Numbered from the stretch's first letter, positions 37,747 through 48,562 are shown. The stretch is DNA of 64,000 bases from Cenarchaeum sp. (GCA_965212015.1 OZ243037.1:96001-160000), one strand, 5' to 3'. Numbers and translations: made by a program. The notes: generated by a model from the letters alone, not told the origin.

Positions 37747-39093
37747 CTAATCTGTCCTCATCCAGACCGTCCGTCCGGCCTCGTCTGTCAGCTCTATTCC
37801 CATGCCTCCAAGCTCGTCTCTGATGCGATCGGCCTCGCCGTACCTCTTTTGGTCCCTGCACTCGTCGCGCCGGGAGACCAGCGCCTCAATCTGCACCCTC
37901 TCCTCAGGACTAGTCCTCCGGATTTGCAGCCCGAGTGTATTCATCATGTGCTCAAATACCGCAAGGGCGTCGCAGGCGGCGTCCTGCGACATGTCATGGC
38001 CCAGCAGATGGGTCACGAGGCCGTAAAACGCCTCTAGTGCCAGGTGCGTGTTGAGATTGTCATCCAGCGCCGCCTCAAAATCGTCTTTGAACCTGCCTGC
38101 CCCGCTTTTGCCGGTTCCGCCCCCGTGCTGGACCAGCCTGTGGTATGCAAGCCTTGCCCTGTTCCAGTTTGTTTTGTGCTCGCCGAGCAGCTCTTTGGAA
38201 TAGTCAATCGGCTTTGAATAGTGGCCACCAATACAAAACAGCCTGATCACGTTGGGGCTCCACTCCTCCAGCATGCGCCTTACGGACTTTATGTTGCCGG
38301 ATGATTTTGACATCTTTTCGCCCCCTATGGTGATCATTCCCACGTGCATCCAGACCCTTGCAAGCGGCATTCCGGTGTGCGACTCTGACTGTGCAATCTC
38401 GTTTTCGTGGTGCGGAAATATGAGATCCCTTCCGCCCCCGTGGATCTCAAAGTCCGCCCCCAGATACTTTAGGCTCATCGCAGAGCACTCTATGTGCCAT
38501 CCCGGCCTTCCCCTGCCCCACGGGCTGTCCCAGGACGGCTCCGAGTCAGAAAACTTCCACAGCGCAAAATCAAGCGGGTCGCGCTTTCCTGCGTCTATCT
38601 GCACCCTTGCGCCCGCCTCCAGCTCGTCGGTGTTCTTTTTTGAGAGCTTGCCGTATTGGGGAAATCCAGAGACTGCAAAGTATACGCCGTTTTTGGTTAT
38701 GTATGCCATCTTGCGCCTGACCAGGTCGCCGATCAGGACCCTCATCTCCTCGATGTGCTCCGTCGCCCTTGGATATCTTGTCGCGCGCATGACGTTGAGC
38801 TTGTCGAATCCGTCGTGATAGTCCCGGATGTACCGCCGGCTGATCTCAAGTGCGGAGGCGCCCTCGGCTCTTGCCCTGTCGATTATCTTGTCATCCACGT
38901 CAGTAAAGTTCTGTACGAGCTCCACCTGTGCGCCCTTTGACTCGAGGTGCCTGCGAAGTATGTCGAATGTTATGATGGTGCGGGCGTGCCCGATGTGCGA
39001 ATAGTCATAGACTGTCACGCCGCACAGGTATATCCTGACCCTCGGCGGCCCGATGCGCACGTCCCGGCAGGTCAGCGTGTCGCGTATCTCCAT
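37747..39093 (-). CDS. cysS: Cysteine-tRNA ligase
   Basis: CGVTVYD..HIGH, GRPGWHIECS, KMSKS. Confidence 0.96.
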   Translation of the reverse strand: MEIRDTLTCRDVRIGPPRVRIYLCGVTVYDYSHIGHARTIITFDILRRHLESKGAQVELVQNFTDVDDKIIDRARAEGASALEISRRYIRDYHDGFDKLNVMRATRYPRATEHIEEMRVLIGDLVRRKMAYITKNGVYFAVSGFPQYGKLSKKNTDELEAGARVQIDAGKRDPLDFALWKFSDSEPSWDSPWGRGRPGWHIECSAMSLKYLGADFEIHGGGRDLIFPHHENEIAQSESHTGMPLARVWMHVGMITIGGEKMSKSSGNIKSVRRMLEEWSPNVIRLFCIGGHYSKPIDYSKELLGEHKTNWNRARLAYHRLVQHGGGTGKSGAGRFKDDFEAALDDNLNTHLALEAFYGLVTHLLGHDMSQDAACDALAVFEHMMNTLGLQIRRTSPEERVQIEALVSRRDECRDQKRYGEADRIRDELGGMGIELTDEAGRTVWMRTD

Positions 39094-39893
39094 TACGGGG
39101 CCGCCTGCGCGCCTCGCTTGTGCTCGCTGTTCCTGTTTAGCTCCAGTATCCTGTCTACGGTATCCTGCGGCATGCCGCATTTTTTTGCAATCTCTTTGGG
39201 CGGCATCCTTTCCATGCAGTACAGTATCTGGTCTATCTGCTCATAGCTTGCGCCGAGCTCCTCCTCGGCGTCGTGGTTTGCCCAGAGGTGCGGGCTGCTT
39301 TTTTTGGCGATTATGCCCTGCGGCACGCCGAGGTGCCTTCCCATCCCCCTTACCTGCAGCTTGTACAGCGAGGATATGGGGGCAACATCCGACGCGCCGT
39401 CGCCGAACTTTGTAAAGTATCCCACCAGCCACTCGCTTTTGTCGCTGGAGCCCAGTACCAGGCGGTTCTTTGAGTTTGCGTAATGGTATAAAATATCCGC
39501 CCTTATGCGCGCCCTCAGGTTTCCTGCGGCGCGCTCGTCGGGCTCGATATACTTTGAGTATTCCTTGAGGATGGGCCGTATGTCGACGAGCCGGTACTCC
39601 ATGCCGAGCAGGTCTGCCAGCTCCAGTGCGTCTTTGGTGTCGCCAGACGGCGAAATCCCCGAATCCGGCATGATAAACGCAGTCGTCTTTTCGCCCGACT
39701 TTGCGCACAGCGCGGCTAGCACCGCCGAGTCCACCCCGCCGCTTAGCCCAAAGACAAAGCCGTCCGAGCCGCTCTTTTCTCTCTGGGAGCGGAGAAAATC
39801 CGTGATGGATTCGGCCGCACCCTGATAGTCAATCCCGGTAATCTCGTCTAGTATGCTGTGCCCCAACGAATCCTGTTGTGCAATTCTTGCCAT
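39093..39893 (-). CDS. nadE: NH3-dependent NAD+ synthetase
   Basis: GLSGGVDSA, GNLRARIR, GYFTKFGDG, SEHKR. Confidence 0.95.
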   Translation of the reverse strand: MARIAQQDSLGHSILDEITGIDYQGAAESITDFLRSQREKSGSDGFVFGLSGGVDSAVLAALCAKSGEKTTAFIMPDSGISPSGDTKDALELADLLGMEYRLVDIRPILKEYSKYIEPDERAAGNLRARIRADILYHYANSKNRLVLGSSDKSEWLVGYFTKFGDGASDVAPISSLYKLQVRGMGRHLGVPQGIIAKKSSPHLWANHDAEEELGASYEQIDQILYCMERMPPKEIAKKCGMPQDTVDRILELNRNSEHKRGAQAAP

Positions 39894-39905
39894 AAAGGTT
39901 GTGTG

Positions 39906-40208
39906 CTAGACGTCTATGTATATCCCGTCTTTTTTCTCCTCAATCCTGTATGTCCCGAGGCTGACGTCGTTGAGATAGTCCAGCAGCTTGCCGGTCTTGT
40001 AGTTGTAGTGCCAGAAATGGTGCGGGCACTCTATTACGTCGCCCTGTATCTTGCCGCATGCGATGGACTGCTCCTGGTGGGCGCACGTGGCCTCTAGCGC
40101 GTGCCATCCGTCCTGGTTGATTACCGCGATTTTTTTTCCGTCCACGGAAAACTCGCCGCTTTTCCCCTTTGGAACAGATCCCCTCTCGGCGATTTTTTTC
40201 CAGGCCAC
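39906..40208 (-). CDS. Rieske [2Fe-2S] ferredoxin
   Basis: C-A-H and C-P-H-H Rieske motifs. Confidence 0.9.
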   Translation of the reverse strand: MAWKKIAERGSVPKGKSGEFSVDGKKIAVINQDGWHALEATCAHQEQSIACGKIQGDVIECPHHFWHYNYKTGKLLDYLNDVSLGTYRIEEKKDGIYIDV

Positions 40209-40288
40209 GCCCACGTAAAACTTTTGGCACTTATTTAGATTCGCATGCCCGTGATAGAATTTTATATGCTCTGAGAAGCCCTGATGCA

Positions 40289-41536
40289 TTGGCACCGCCG
40301 TACAAGGTCAAAGACATGAGGCTGGCAGGACAGGGAAGGCTCTCCTACGAGTGGGCGCGCTCCCACATGGGGATACTGGACAATACGCTGGAGAGGCTGA
40401 AAAAATCAAAGCCGCTCAGGGGCGTCACGCTCGGGTTCTGCCTCCACATTACAAAAGAGACGGCAGTCCTGCTGATGGGCGCAAAAGAGCTTGGCGCCAA
40501 GGTGGCCGCATGCGGGGGCAATCCGCTTACCACGCAGGACGACATTGCGGCGTTTCTGGCATCGAAGGGAATCCACATCTATGCGTGGAACGATCAGACC
40601 GGCAAAGAGTACGACTGGTGCATCGATGCGGTGCTGGGCCACAGACCGGCGATTCTGACTGACGACGGCGCAGACATGAACATAAAGGCGCACTTTGACG
40701 AGAGGTTTGCGGATTTGGAGATACTCGGCGCCACAGAAGAGACCACTGCCGGCGTCATGAGAATCAGGGCGGTGGAGGCCCAGGGCAAGCTGCGGTATCC
40801 CGTTATGGTGGTGAATGACGCGCACACAAAGCACATGTTTGACAACCGCTACGGGACCGGACAGAGCACCATAGACGGCTTTTTGCGCGCAATGAACCTG
40901 CTGTTTGCATCAAAGCGCATAGTGGTGGTGGGATACGGTTGGGTCGGCAAGGGCGTGGCCGCCAGGTGCAGGGGCATGGGTGCCAAGATAATCGTAACTG
41001 AGGTGGATCCCGTAAAGGCGCTAGAGGCCCACATGGAGGGATACGAGGTGATGCCCATGGCGCGCGCAGCAAGGATTGGCGACATCTTTGTCACGTGCAC
41101 GGGAATGACCGGCGTGATAAGGAGGGAGCACATCAATACCATGAAGGACGGCGCGATTCTGGGAAACGTCGGACACTTTGACGTGGAAATTGACACGGAA
41201 TACCTGCTAAAAAAGTCAAAATCCGTGAAAAAAACCAGGGACAACCTTGATGAGTGCGTGCTTGCCGGCGGCAAGAGGATATACCTTGTCGGCAAGGGCC
41301 GCCTGGCAAACCTGGTGGCAGCAGAAGGCCATCCGCCGGAGGTCATGGCGCAGTCGTTCTCAAATCAGCTGCTCTCCATTCTGTACATACTCAAAAACCA
41401 CGCAAAGATGCAAAACCAGCTGGTGCGGGTCCCCGAGGAGATAGACGTGCAGATAGCACGCGACGCGCTGGCGGCGATGGGCGTGAGAATCGACAAGCTC
41501 ACAGCGGAGCAGACAAGGTACATGAACAGCTGGTAA
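40289..41536 (+). CDS. ahcY: Adenosylhomocysteinase
   Basis: CLHITKETA, EETTAG, FDNRYGTGQS, GYGWVGKG, NVGHFD, EGHP. Start approximate. Confidence 0.95.
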   Translation: MAPPYKVKDMRLAGQGRLSYEWARSHMGILDNTLERLKKSKPLRGVTLGFCLHITKETAVLLMGAKELGAKVAACGGNPLTTQDDIAAFLASKGIHIYAWNDQTGKEYDWCIDAVLGHRPAILTDDGADMNIKAHFDERFADLEILGATEETTAGVMRIRAVEAQGKLRYPVMVVNDAHTKHMFDNRYGTGQSTIDGFLRAMNLLFASKRIVVVGYGWVGKGVAARCRGMGAKIIVTEVDPVKALEAHMEGYEVMPMARAARIGDIFVTCTGMTGVIRREHINTMKDGAILGNVGHFDVEIDTEYLLKKSKSVKKTRDNLDECVLAGGKRIYLVGKGRLANLVAAEGHPPEVMAQSFSNQLLSILYILKNHAKMQNQLVRVPEEIDVQIARDALAAMGVRIDKLTAEQTRYMNSW

Positions 41537-41566
41537 ACTTTTAAGCCCATCTGCAAAAACCAACCC

Positions 41567-43234
41567 ATGAGGGACAAGGCGATAATTACCAGCGCGCTTC
41601 CGTACGCCAACGGCGAGATACACCTGGGCCACGTGGCATCGACGTACCTGCCGGCGGACATTACCACGCGCTTTCTGAGGCAAAAGGGCGTAGAGGCGTA
41701 CTATTTGTGCGCGTCTGACGACTATGGGACGCCGATTCTCATCCAGTCCGAAAAAGAGGGCGTGACGCCGGCGGACTATGTGGCGCGCTGGAACCGGCGC
41801 GATCTCGAGGACTTTGCGGCACTTGACATTGATTTTGACTTTTTTTACAAGACAAGCTCCGAGGAGAATGTGGCGTTTGTCCGGCGCGTCTTTGGGGTGC
41901 TGCATGATGCAGGGCACATTTACGAGTCGGAGATAGTCCAGTTCTACTGTGAGGCCGACAAAAAATTCCTGCCTGACAGGTACGTGAGGGGGACGTGCGC
42001 GTACTGCGGTGCAAAAGACCAGTACTCTGATCTGTGCGAAAAGTGCGGCAGGATACCCGAGGAGATTGGCGACCCCAAGTGCGCCATCTGCGGCCAGACG
42101 CCGGTAAAGAAAAAATCAAGCCACTATTTTTTCCGCCTGAGGAATTTTTCTGAAAAACTTGCCGAATGGCTGGAGGGCAACGGCAATCTGCAGGCGGACG
42201 TGAAAAAATACGTGCAGAACTGGATAAAGGCGGGCCTGGTGGACTGGGACATTACCCGCGACATTCCGTGGGGCGTGCCGATTCCGCTTGATGAGGCGCG
42301 CAAAAAGGTGTTCTATGGGTGGTTTGACAACCACCTTGCGTACATTTCGACTGCCACAAAGTTTCTCGAGGGAAAGGGGATTGACGCAAAAAAATTCTGG
42401 AATTCTGCGGACATTTACCACTTTATCGGCAAGGACATCGTGTACCACCACTATCTGTTCCTGCCTGCGATGCGCATGGGGCTCTTAGAGTACAATCTTC
42501 CAGAGTACAAGCTTCCGGACTATATGCCGACCCGCGGGCACCTAACACTACAGCACAAAAAGATCTCAAAGAGCAGGAACTGGTATATCGGCCTGCGGGA
42601 GTTCCTAGATGTCTATCCGGCCGACTATCTCAGGTTCTATCTCACGTCGATAAACCCGTATTCGCAGGATGATCTCAACTTTGACTGGGACGACTTTGCG
42701 GCAAGGATAAACTCTGAGCTCATAGGGAACATGGGCAACTTTGTCAACCGCGCGCTGGGATTTGCGGCAAAGAACTTTCAGGGGGCGGTTCCGGAGCCAG
42801 ACGGGGTGGAGGAGGCCGACAAAAGGGCAGAGCAGCAGATCGCCACGCTATCCGAGCAGGTCGGCGTCCTGATGGGACAGAACCACCTTGACAGGTCGCT
42901 CAAGAAAATCCTAGAGTTTACCGCCGGCTTTAACCAGTACTTTCAGCACAAGGAGCCCTGGAAGAACAATGCGGGAACAGGTACGTGCGTGTATCTGGCG
43001 GTAAATGCAGTAAGGAGCATGTCGATAGCCCTCTGGGCGTTTCTGCCAGAGTCGTCTGCCAGAATATGGCAGCAGCTCGGCCTTGAGGGCGACGTCTCCG
43101 GGCAGAGCTGGGACTCAATGTCTGCAGTGTCCATCATGCCCGGCCACAAGCTGGGCACCCCCTCGCCGCTGTTTGCCAGGGTGGAGGATGCCGACATACG
43201 GAGGCACAAGGAAAGGCTCGGGCGGAACAGTTGA
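41567..43234 (+). CDS. metG: Methionine-tRNA ligase
   Basis: SALPYANGEIHLGH, Zn knuckle, FIGKDI, KISKS. Confidence 0.96.
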   Translation: MRDKAIITSALPYANGEIHLGHVASTYLPADITTRFLRQKGVEAYYLCASDDYGTPILIQSEKEGVTPADYVARWNRRDLEDFAALDIDFDFFYKTSSEENVAFVRRVFGVLHDAGHIYESEIVQFYCEADKKFLPDRYVRGTCAYCGAKDQYSDLCEKCGRIPEEIGDPKCAICGQTPVKKKSSHYFFRLRNFSEKLAEWLEGNGNLQADVKKYVQNWIKAGLVDWDITRDIPWGVPIPLDEARKKVFYGWFDNHLAYISTATKFLEGKGIDAKKFWNSADIYHFIGKDIVYHHYLFLPAMRMGLLEYNLPEYKLPDYMPTRGHLTLQHKKISKSRNWYIGLREFLDVYPADYLRFYLTSINPYSQDDLNFDWDDFAARINSELIGNMGNFVNRALGFAAKNFQGAVPEPDGVEEADKRAEQQIATLSEQVGVLMGQNHLDRSLKKILEFTAGFNQYFQHKEPWKNNAGTGTCVYLAVNAVRSMSIALWAFLPESSARIWQQLGLEGDVSGQSWDSMSAVSIMPGHKLGTPSPLFARVEDADIRRHKERLGRNS

Positions 43235-43959
43235 GGCCGATTCCCAGGGTCACGACGCGCGGATACTATGACGTGGCCAGCGGCAGGACGATAAAAAAAT
43301 CGCCCTACTATCTGTACCCGCGCGGCTCCTTTGAGGGGCTGTACGGGAAAAAGGAGATGGTGGTGATGGTCCACGGCATGCGCAACGACAGGGCGGGGGC
43401 GGCAACAAAGTTTGCGATTGCAAAAAGGCGCCTGTCTGCCATCGGGTACTGCCATCCCGTGATAGGGTACAGCTATGACTCTAATGTGGGATACCGCATG
43501 ACAGAACCGCAGGCGCTCCGGGTGGGCGTAATGATTGCAAAGAAAAACGGGGGAAACCTGGCGCAATTTCTCGTCGATTTTGGCAGAAAATCCCCAAATA
43601 CAAAGCTGCGGCTGATGGGACACTCGCTTGGCTCGCAGGTCATCCTGAGTGCAGTCCGGCAGCTTGCCCGATCCCCGAAAAACAGGGGCCTTGTCTCCAG
43701 CATACACCTGTTTGGCGCCTCGATTACCGCAGACGCCCCGGCAAGCGACTTGTTGCAAAAAATAGTGGGCCAAAGGGTGGTAAACTATTATGCGCCTACT
43801 GACGAGGTCCTCGGCGTGGCAGGCGGCAGGGGTGCGCGGCGCCCGCTGGGGCTCTGCGGTGCGGCGGGAAGGACAATCCCAAAGTACGTGCAAAGGCGCG
43901 TCCGGCCAAAGAACCACCGCTTTAAGAGCTATGCTGCCGTACTGACATCATTCCCATAG
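43231..43959 (+). CDS. Alpha/beta-hydrolase fold protein (DUF726/DUF900-like)
   Basis: VHG, GHSLG nucleophile elbow, D.VL, terminal His. Confidence 0.75.
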   Translation: MRPIPRVTTRGYYDVASGRTIKKSPYYLYPRGSFEGLYGKKEMVVMVHGMRNDRAGAATKFAIAKRRLSAIGYCHPVIGYSYDSNVGYRMTEPQALRVGVMIAKKNGGNLAQFLVDFGRKSPNTKLRLMGHSLGSQVILSAVRQLARSPKNRGLVSSIHLFGASITADAPASDLLQKIVGQRVVNYYAPTDEVLGVAGGRGARRPLGLCGAAGRTIPKYVQRRVRPKNHRFKSYAAVLTSFP

Positions 43960-43973
43960 GGGCTCTGCACGAG

Positions 43974-44807
43974 TCATATTGCCGCATGGCACACCTCTAT
44001 CCATCCGCAGTCTATGGTCCTGAAATGCACGTTTTTTCCGGTCCTGTTTTTTTCCATGTCCCTTAGCGTGTATGTTTCTAGAATATTCCCGCCAATCGCA
44101 TCAAGGTGTGACCGTATCGCACCAGAGCTGTATCTGCTGAATCGGATGCGTTCGGGCAGGATGTCGTTTATCATGGCATATATTTTTCTTGGTATGTATT
44201 CCACGTCACTTGCAATGTCCTTTTCGGGCACTAGATACTCCAATAGCAGGCGGTTTTTTTGATCCCCCGTCCTGAACTGTGATATCAGGCCAAAGAGGTT
44301 CTCTACAGGCAGATAGTATGATATGCCCTCGAATATGAGAATCGACGGCCTTTGCATGTCAAAGCCGCATCCTGTCATCTGGGCAACCGTGTTCTCTGGC
44401 TTTTTTATGTCCGCAGTTATGAGGCGAATCCTCTTGCAGATGCCGGGATTAACCCTCTCAAACAGCGTTTTTTTGTATTCCATGTGTGATATGTCAATCT
44501 CGAACACATCCGTGTCTTTTCCCCGGGACGCTATCTCTAGTGAAAGCGCATCAAGGCCGCTGCTGAAAATTACCACCTGCGGCGATTTTTTTGCCGCAAT
44601 GGCGCGCAGCGTCAGATCGAGTATGATTTTTTTCCTGTTCTGGATTACTGCGTCATAGTGGGGCCAGATCCCGTTGCATTTGGAGAGTAGCTTTTTGCCC
44701 GGATCCAGATTCAGCGCGCCTAGGTATTTCTGCGAGTACGGGCTGGTGTGGACCGTGTTTTGCGAGAGCAGCAGCACGAGGGCCGCAGTGTCGTCCATGC
44801 CGTTCAT
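43974..44807 (-). CDS. SAM-dependent methyltransferase (leucine carboxyl methyltransferase-like)
   Basis: QVVIFSSGLD, FEID, ADI, IFEGISYYL. Confidence 0.8.
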   Translation of the reverse strand: MNGMDDTAALVLLLSQNTVHTSPYSQKYLGALNLDPGKKLLSKCNGIWPHYDAVIQNRKKIILDLTLRAIAAKKSPQVVIFSSGLDALSLEIASRGKDTDVFEIDISHMEYKKTLFERVNPGICKRIRLITADIKKPENTVAQMTGCGFDMQRPSILIFEGISYYLPVENLFGLISQFRTGDQKNRLLLEYLVPEKDIASDVEYIPRKIYAMINDILPERIRFSRYSSGAIRSHLDAIGGNILETYTLRDMEKNRTGKNVHFRTIDCGWIEVCHAAI

Positions 44808-44924
44808 CTGTGATCCTTTGCGCGTAATTTATTTAGTTTTTTGGATCGCATCTGCCGTTCCAAGTCCGGGGTGAAAAGGTGTATTTTCATCCCGGGGTGT
44901 GGCAGGGGTGCCGACCTACTGGAC

Positions 44925-45398
44925 TTAAACTCCGGCGCCCTTTTCGTTTCTGCACATCTTGAAATCCAGCATGCCGAACCACTCGCATTCCTCAAAAAAC
45001 AGCCTTGTTATGTCCAGCGTGTATTTCGTGTCTGATGCGGCCTGCCAATAGTAACCGTCCCACTCGTCCCTGGTAAATACGGGGACAGTCACGTCCCATT
45101 TGTCCTCCTCTACCCGCTTAAAGTCTATGGCGTCCTTGTTTCTTCCGTTGCTAAACCCGATTCTCTCCCCGTGCTCCCAGAGCAGTCTTTCGGTCTCGTG
45201 CAACGCCTTGAGAAGATCTATCGGAGTGAGCGCAAGGCTGGGGATTCTTTCGAATTTGCCGTACTTCCAATAGGTGATCTCTTGATACTTTGCATCCGCC
45301 CTTTGCAGTATCTCCTGGTAATAGTCCTCGTTGGGGTGCAACATTGAAGTTGTAAGGGATCTTTCGGCGGTCCCGTGCAATGCCTGTGCCGGATTCAT
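44925..45398 (-). CDS. Hypothetical protein
   Basis: 157-aa ORF; start uncertain. Confidence 0.55.
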   Translation of the reverse strand: MNPAQALHGTAERSLTTSMLHPNEDYYQEILQRADAKYQEITYWKYGKFERIPSLALTPIDLLKALHETERLLWEHGERIGFSNGRNKDAIDFKRVEEDKWDVTVPVFTRDEWDGYYWQAASDTKYTLDITRLFFEECEWFGMLDFKMCRNEKGAGV

Positions 45399-45620
45399 GG
45401 TTTGACGGTGGCGTCTGATTCATATTAAGATTCCAGTACCGGCAATAATTCCCGACTGCAATACAAAGCACGGAAAATACCGCATTGTGTGCGCCGCCGC
45501 GGCATGATGCACGGGCATGCTAGCCCTACGGGGCTGACTCTGGGCTCTTGTTCCTCGGCATTGAAAAACCCCGCGCGACCCGGTGCAGACTATAAATTAA
45601 ATGGCAAAAACATCCCATGC

Positions 45621-46544
45621 ATGCAGTCGGTAAACTTTGTGGTGCTCGGCGAGCAGTCAATTGCAGGCGGTTTTGGAAAAAAGGGCACATCCACCGACCT
45701 GACACTGTACGACAAAAAAGAGTCCGGCGTGATTCGGACGTGGGTCGCGCCAAGCGGGTTTCCAGAAAAGATACAGCCCCTTTTCCAGGCCATAAACCTG
45801 GCAGAGTATGCCATCCTGTACGTGGACAGCCTGGACAGGTTTGCAGGCGAGCAGATTGTGGCCCTTGACGTCCTGGCAAAGCGCGGGGGCATACTGTGCC
45901 ATTCGTACGAGGTCGATCCGGACAAGCTGCACTCCATGATAAGGGGGACCGTAATAGAGGGGTACAAAAAAACCCAGACAGAGCACATCAAAAAAGAGAT
46001 TGACGGGTTTGAATCCGCATCCGTGCCGGGCAAGACCAGAATAGTAATTGATCACTGCTTTGATGTAAAGGGGGCAGGCACGGTGGTCCTGGGCAAGGTG
46101 GCATCCGGCACCATAAGGCAGTACGACGAGCTGACGCTCATGCCGTCGGGACTGCCTGCCACGGTAAAGTCGATTCAGATGCATGACAATCCGGTAGACG
46201 AGGCGGCATCGCCTGCGCGCGTCGGCCTGTCGCTAAAGGGCGTCCGGCCAGACGAAATCAGCCGCGGCGACGTGCTGTGCGAGGAGGCCGCCACAGTGAG
46301 CTCAACAATCGAGCTGGACTTTGAGAAAAGCCCGTTTTACAGGGGCGGTTTTGCACAAAACCAAATGTGCCTGGTCAGCATCGGCCTGCAAGTCAAGGCG
46401 GCCAGGTTTGACTCTGTCGATCCCGTGATTCTGGCGCTGGACAAGCCGGCCGTGTGCGACAGCTCCGACATTGCCGTAATACTAAAGCCCGAGTCTGACA
46501 CGATCAGGATACTGGGAAGCGGGACAATCAGGCAGATCCGATAG
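45621..46544 (+). CDS. EF-Tu domain 2-containing protein (archaeal SelB-like, degenerate GTPase domain)
   Basis: GKKGTSTD, IDHCFDVKGAGTVVLG, VKSIQMHD, RVGLSLKG. Confidence 0.85.
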   Translation: MQSVNFVVLGEQSIAGGFGKKGTSTDLTLYDKKESGVIRTWVAPSGFPEKIQPLFQAINLAEYAILYVDSLDRFAGEQIVALDVLAKRGGILCHSYEVDPDKLHSMIRGTVIEGYKKTQTEHIKKEIDGFESASVPGKTRIVIDHCFDVKGAGTVVLGKVASGTIRQYDELTLMPSGLPATVKSIQMHDNPVDEAASPARVGLSLKGVRPDEISRGDVLCEEAATVSSTIELDFEKSPFYRGGFAQNQMCLVSIGLQVKAARFDSVDPVILALDKPAVCDSSDIAVILKPESDTIRILGSGTIRQIR

Positions 46545-46573
46545 TGTTTAATTAAACCAAGACAACTCGTGGC

Positions 46574-47104
46574 ATGCGGGTATTGACGCTGGGGCGCTTT
46601 CAGCCGTTTCATCTGGGACACCTCCACCTGATAAAACAGGTGCTCTCCGAGTACGACGAGGTAATCATTGCGATAACCAGCTCGCAGTTCAACTATATAG
46701 AAAAGGATCCATTTACCGCCGGCGAGCGGATACAGATGATACGCCAGAGCCTGAGGGACGAGAAAATCGATCTTGCACGGTGCATCATAATCCCGATTGA
46801 AAACCAGCCAAACATATCCACGTGGGCGTCGTATCTCAAGTCCATGCTGCCAAAGTTCGACGCGGTGATAAGCGGCAACAAGTATGTCACGATGCTGCTG
46901 GGCGATTCCGGAATCAAGGTAATCGAGCCGGAGTTTCTTGACCGTAACAAATTCAACGCATCCAAGATACGCCACATGATGGTCCAGGACAACTCTTGGG
47001 AGGGATTTGTGCCAAAGGCAGTGGCAGACATGGTGGAACAGACAGGCGGCATTGCAAGGCTAAAGACGATATCTGACTCTGATACAAACCCAGTCGAGCA
47101 CTAA
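46574..47104 (+). CDS. nadM: Nicotinamide-nucleotide adenylyltransferase
   Basis: GRFQPFHLGH, PFTAGER, ASKIR. Confidence 0.92.
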   Translation: MRVLTLGRFQPFHLGHLHLIKQVLSEYDEVIIAITSSQFNYIEKDPFTAGERIQMIRQSLRDEKIDLARCIIIPIENQPNISTWASYLKSMLPKFDAVISGNKYVTMLLGDSGIKVIEPEFLDRNKFNASKIRHMMVQDNSWEGFVPKAVADMVEQTGGIARLKTISDSDTNPVEH

Positions 47105-47500
47105 TGGGTGCCCACAAGGCGTGTCCGGTGTGCCCCCGGTGCGGATCAAAAAAATTCAGGAGGCTTGCCGCAAAAGGGCGCGTCCGGGTAGAGTGCATCT
47201 TGTGCAAAAAAATCATAGACATGTAATCCTAGAGTCGCGGTCCTGTGTATGGGGGATCAGGCAGCTGCCTGCAAGGGATGGCGGCGATTCTGGCCCGTGC
47301 ATGGGTGCGGGGCCGGTGCGCAGCAGGCAGAACACCGAATCGCGGTTTTATCCGCTCATGCCGGCCTACAGCCGGTGGGTGCCAAAGCGCCGCACGCGCG
47401 CAGGTTTTGTGATAATTTTTCCAGATAAAACGCGTGAGGGCGTCCTGCGGCAGGCGTCGCAATGTATACGCTTAATTTGCATTCTGTAATAGGCGAGCTT

Positions 47501-47588
47501 GCGGGAGTTGCCAAGCCTGGTCAAAGGCGCAGGGCTTAGGACCCTGTCTCTTAGGGGTTCGTGGGTTCGAATCCCACCTCCCGCACCA
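47501..47588 (+). tRNA. tRNA-Leu (anticodon TAG), CCA encoded
   Basis: GCGGGAG/CTCCCGC acceptor stem, CAGGG-cttagga-CCCTG anticodon arm, long variable arm, GGTTCGAATCC. Confidence 0.96.
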
Positions 47589-47710
47589 GCCGGCGGCGCA
47601 TTTTGGGCGGCGGCAAAAGGCACGGTGCAGGCGATTGCCTGCGGGCCCAAGGCACGCCCCAGACCCGCCCGTCTTGAATGGTTAATAAGCAATTATCCGG
47701 GGAATACCAC

Positions 47711-48553
47711 ATGCAAAAAACCACGGTGGGCGTGACGGTAGTGGGAAGGGACCGGGAGGGAATAGTCGCCGAGTTTACGGACTTTGTATTCAAGCAGAAC
47801 GGGAACATCCAAAAGATAGACCAGAACGTCATCAAGGGGCTGTTTGGAATGTATCTAGAGATTACGTTTTCCAAGAAAATCAACTTTGAGGAATTCGCAG
47901 GACGGATTCAGGACGTGGCAAAGGGGCAGGGAATGGAGGCCAGCGTGCATTACGATGCCGGCACGCAAAAAAACATTGCAGTCTTTGTCACAAAGGAGCC
48001 GCACTGTTTGGAGGCGATTCTCGATGCGCGAAAGGGACTCGGCGGGAACATATCTGTAATTGTCGGCACGGAAAAAACCCTGGCAGGCATGGCAAAAAAG
48101 GCAGGCATCCCGTTTGTGAGCGTCGAGGAGCGGCTGCAGACCAGGGCCGAAGACCGGCTCATCTCTATTTGCAAAAAATACGCAATCGACCTGATAGTGC
48201 TTGCCAGGTACATGCGCATACTAAACCCGAACTTTGTCTGGCGGTATCCTCACAGGATAATCAACATACACCCGTCGCTGCTTCCGGCGTTTCCCGGCGC
48301 GCTTGCATACGACCAGGCCTTTGAGAGGGGGACAAAGATAGTTGGCGTCACATCACACTATGTGACCGAAAGCCTGGACCAGGGCCCGATAATCCTGCAG
48401 GCCTCCTTCGGCGTTGATCCAAACGACAGCTTGGAGAAAATCAAGGCAAAGGGCCAAAAGCTGGAGGCCAAGACGCTGCTTCAGGCAGTAGGGATGCACC
48501 TGGACGGAAAGCTGGACGTGCGGTGGAGAAAGGTGCACATAAAGTCGAGGTGA
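47711..48553 (+). CDS. purU: Formyltetrahydrofolate deformylase
   Basis: ACT domain G.DR.GIVA, VLARYMRIL, INIHPSLLPAFPGA, LDQGPII. Confidence 0.9.
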   Translation: MQKTTVGVTVVGRDREGIVAEFTDFVFKQNGNIQKIDQNVIKGLFGMYLEITFSKKINFEEFAGRIQDVAKGQGMEASVHYDAGTQKNIAVFVTKEPHCLEAILDARKGLGGNISVIVGTEKTLAGMAKKAGIPFVSVEERLQTRAEDRLISICKKYAIDLIVLARYMRILNPNFVWRYPHRIINIHPSLLPAFPGALAYDQAFERGTKIVGVTSHYVTESLDQGPIILQASFGVDPNDSLEKIKAKGQKLEAKTLLQAVGMHLDGKLDVRWRKVHIKSR

Positions 48554-48562
48554 TGGCCGGCG

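Noticed and set aside
42943-43917. Long antisense ORFs (also 24768-25640, 32219-33106, 55029-55856)
   Set aside because: Shadow frames of well-supported genes in GC-rich DNA.
47105-47700. tRNA-Leu as an integration site; ORFs in 47105-47500
   Set aside because: No integrase and no duplicated tRNA 3' end seen in the window; the ORFs look like GC-rich noise.
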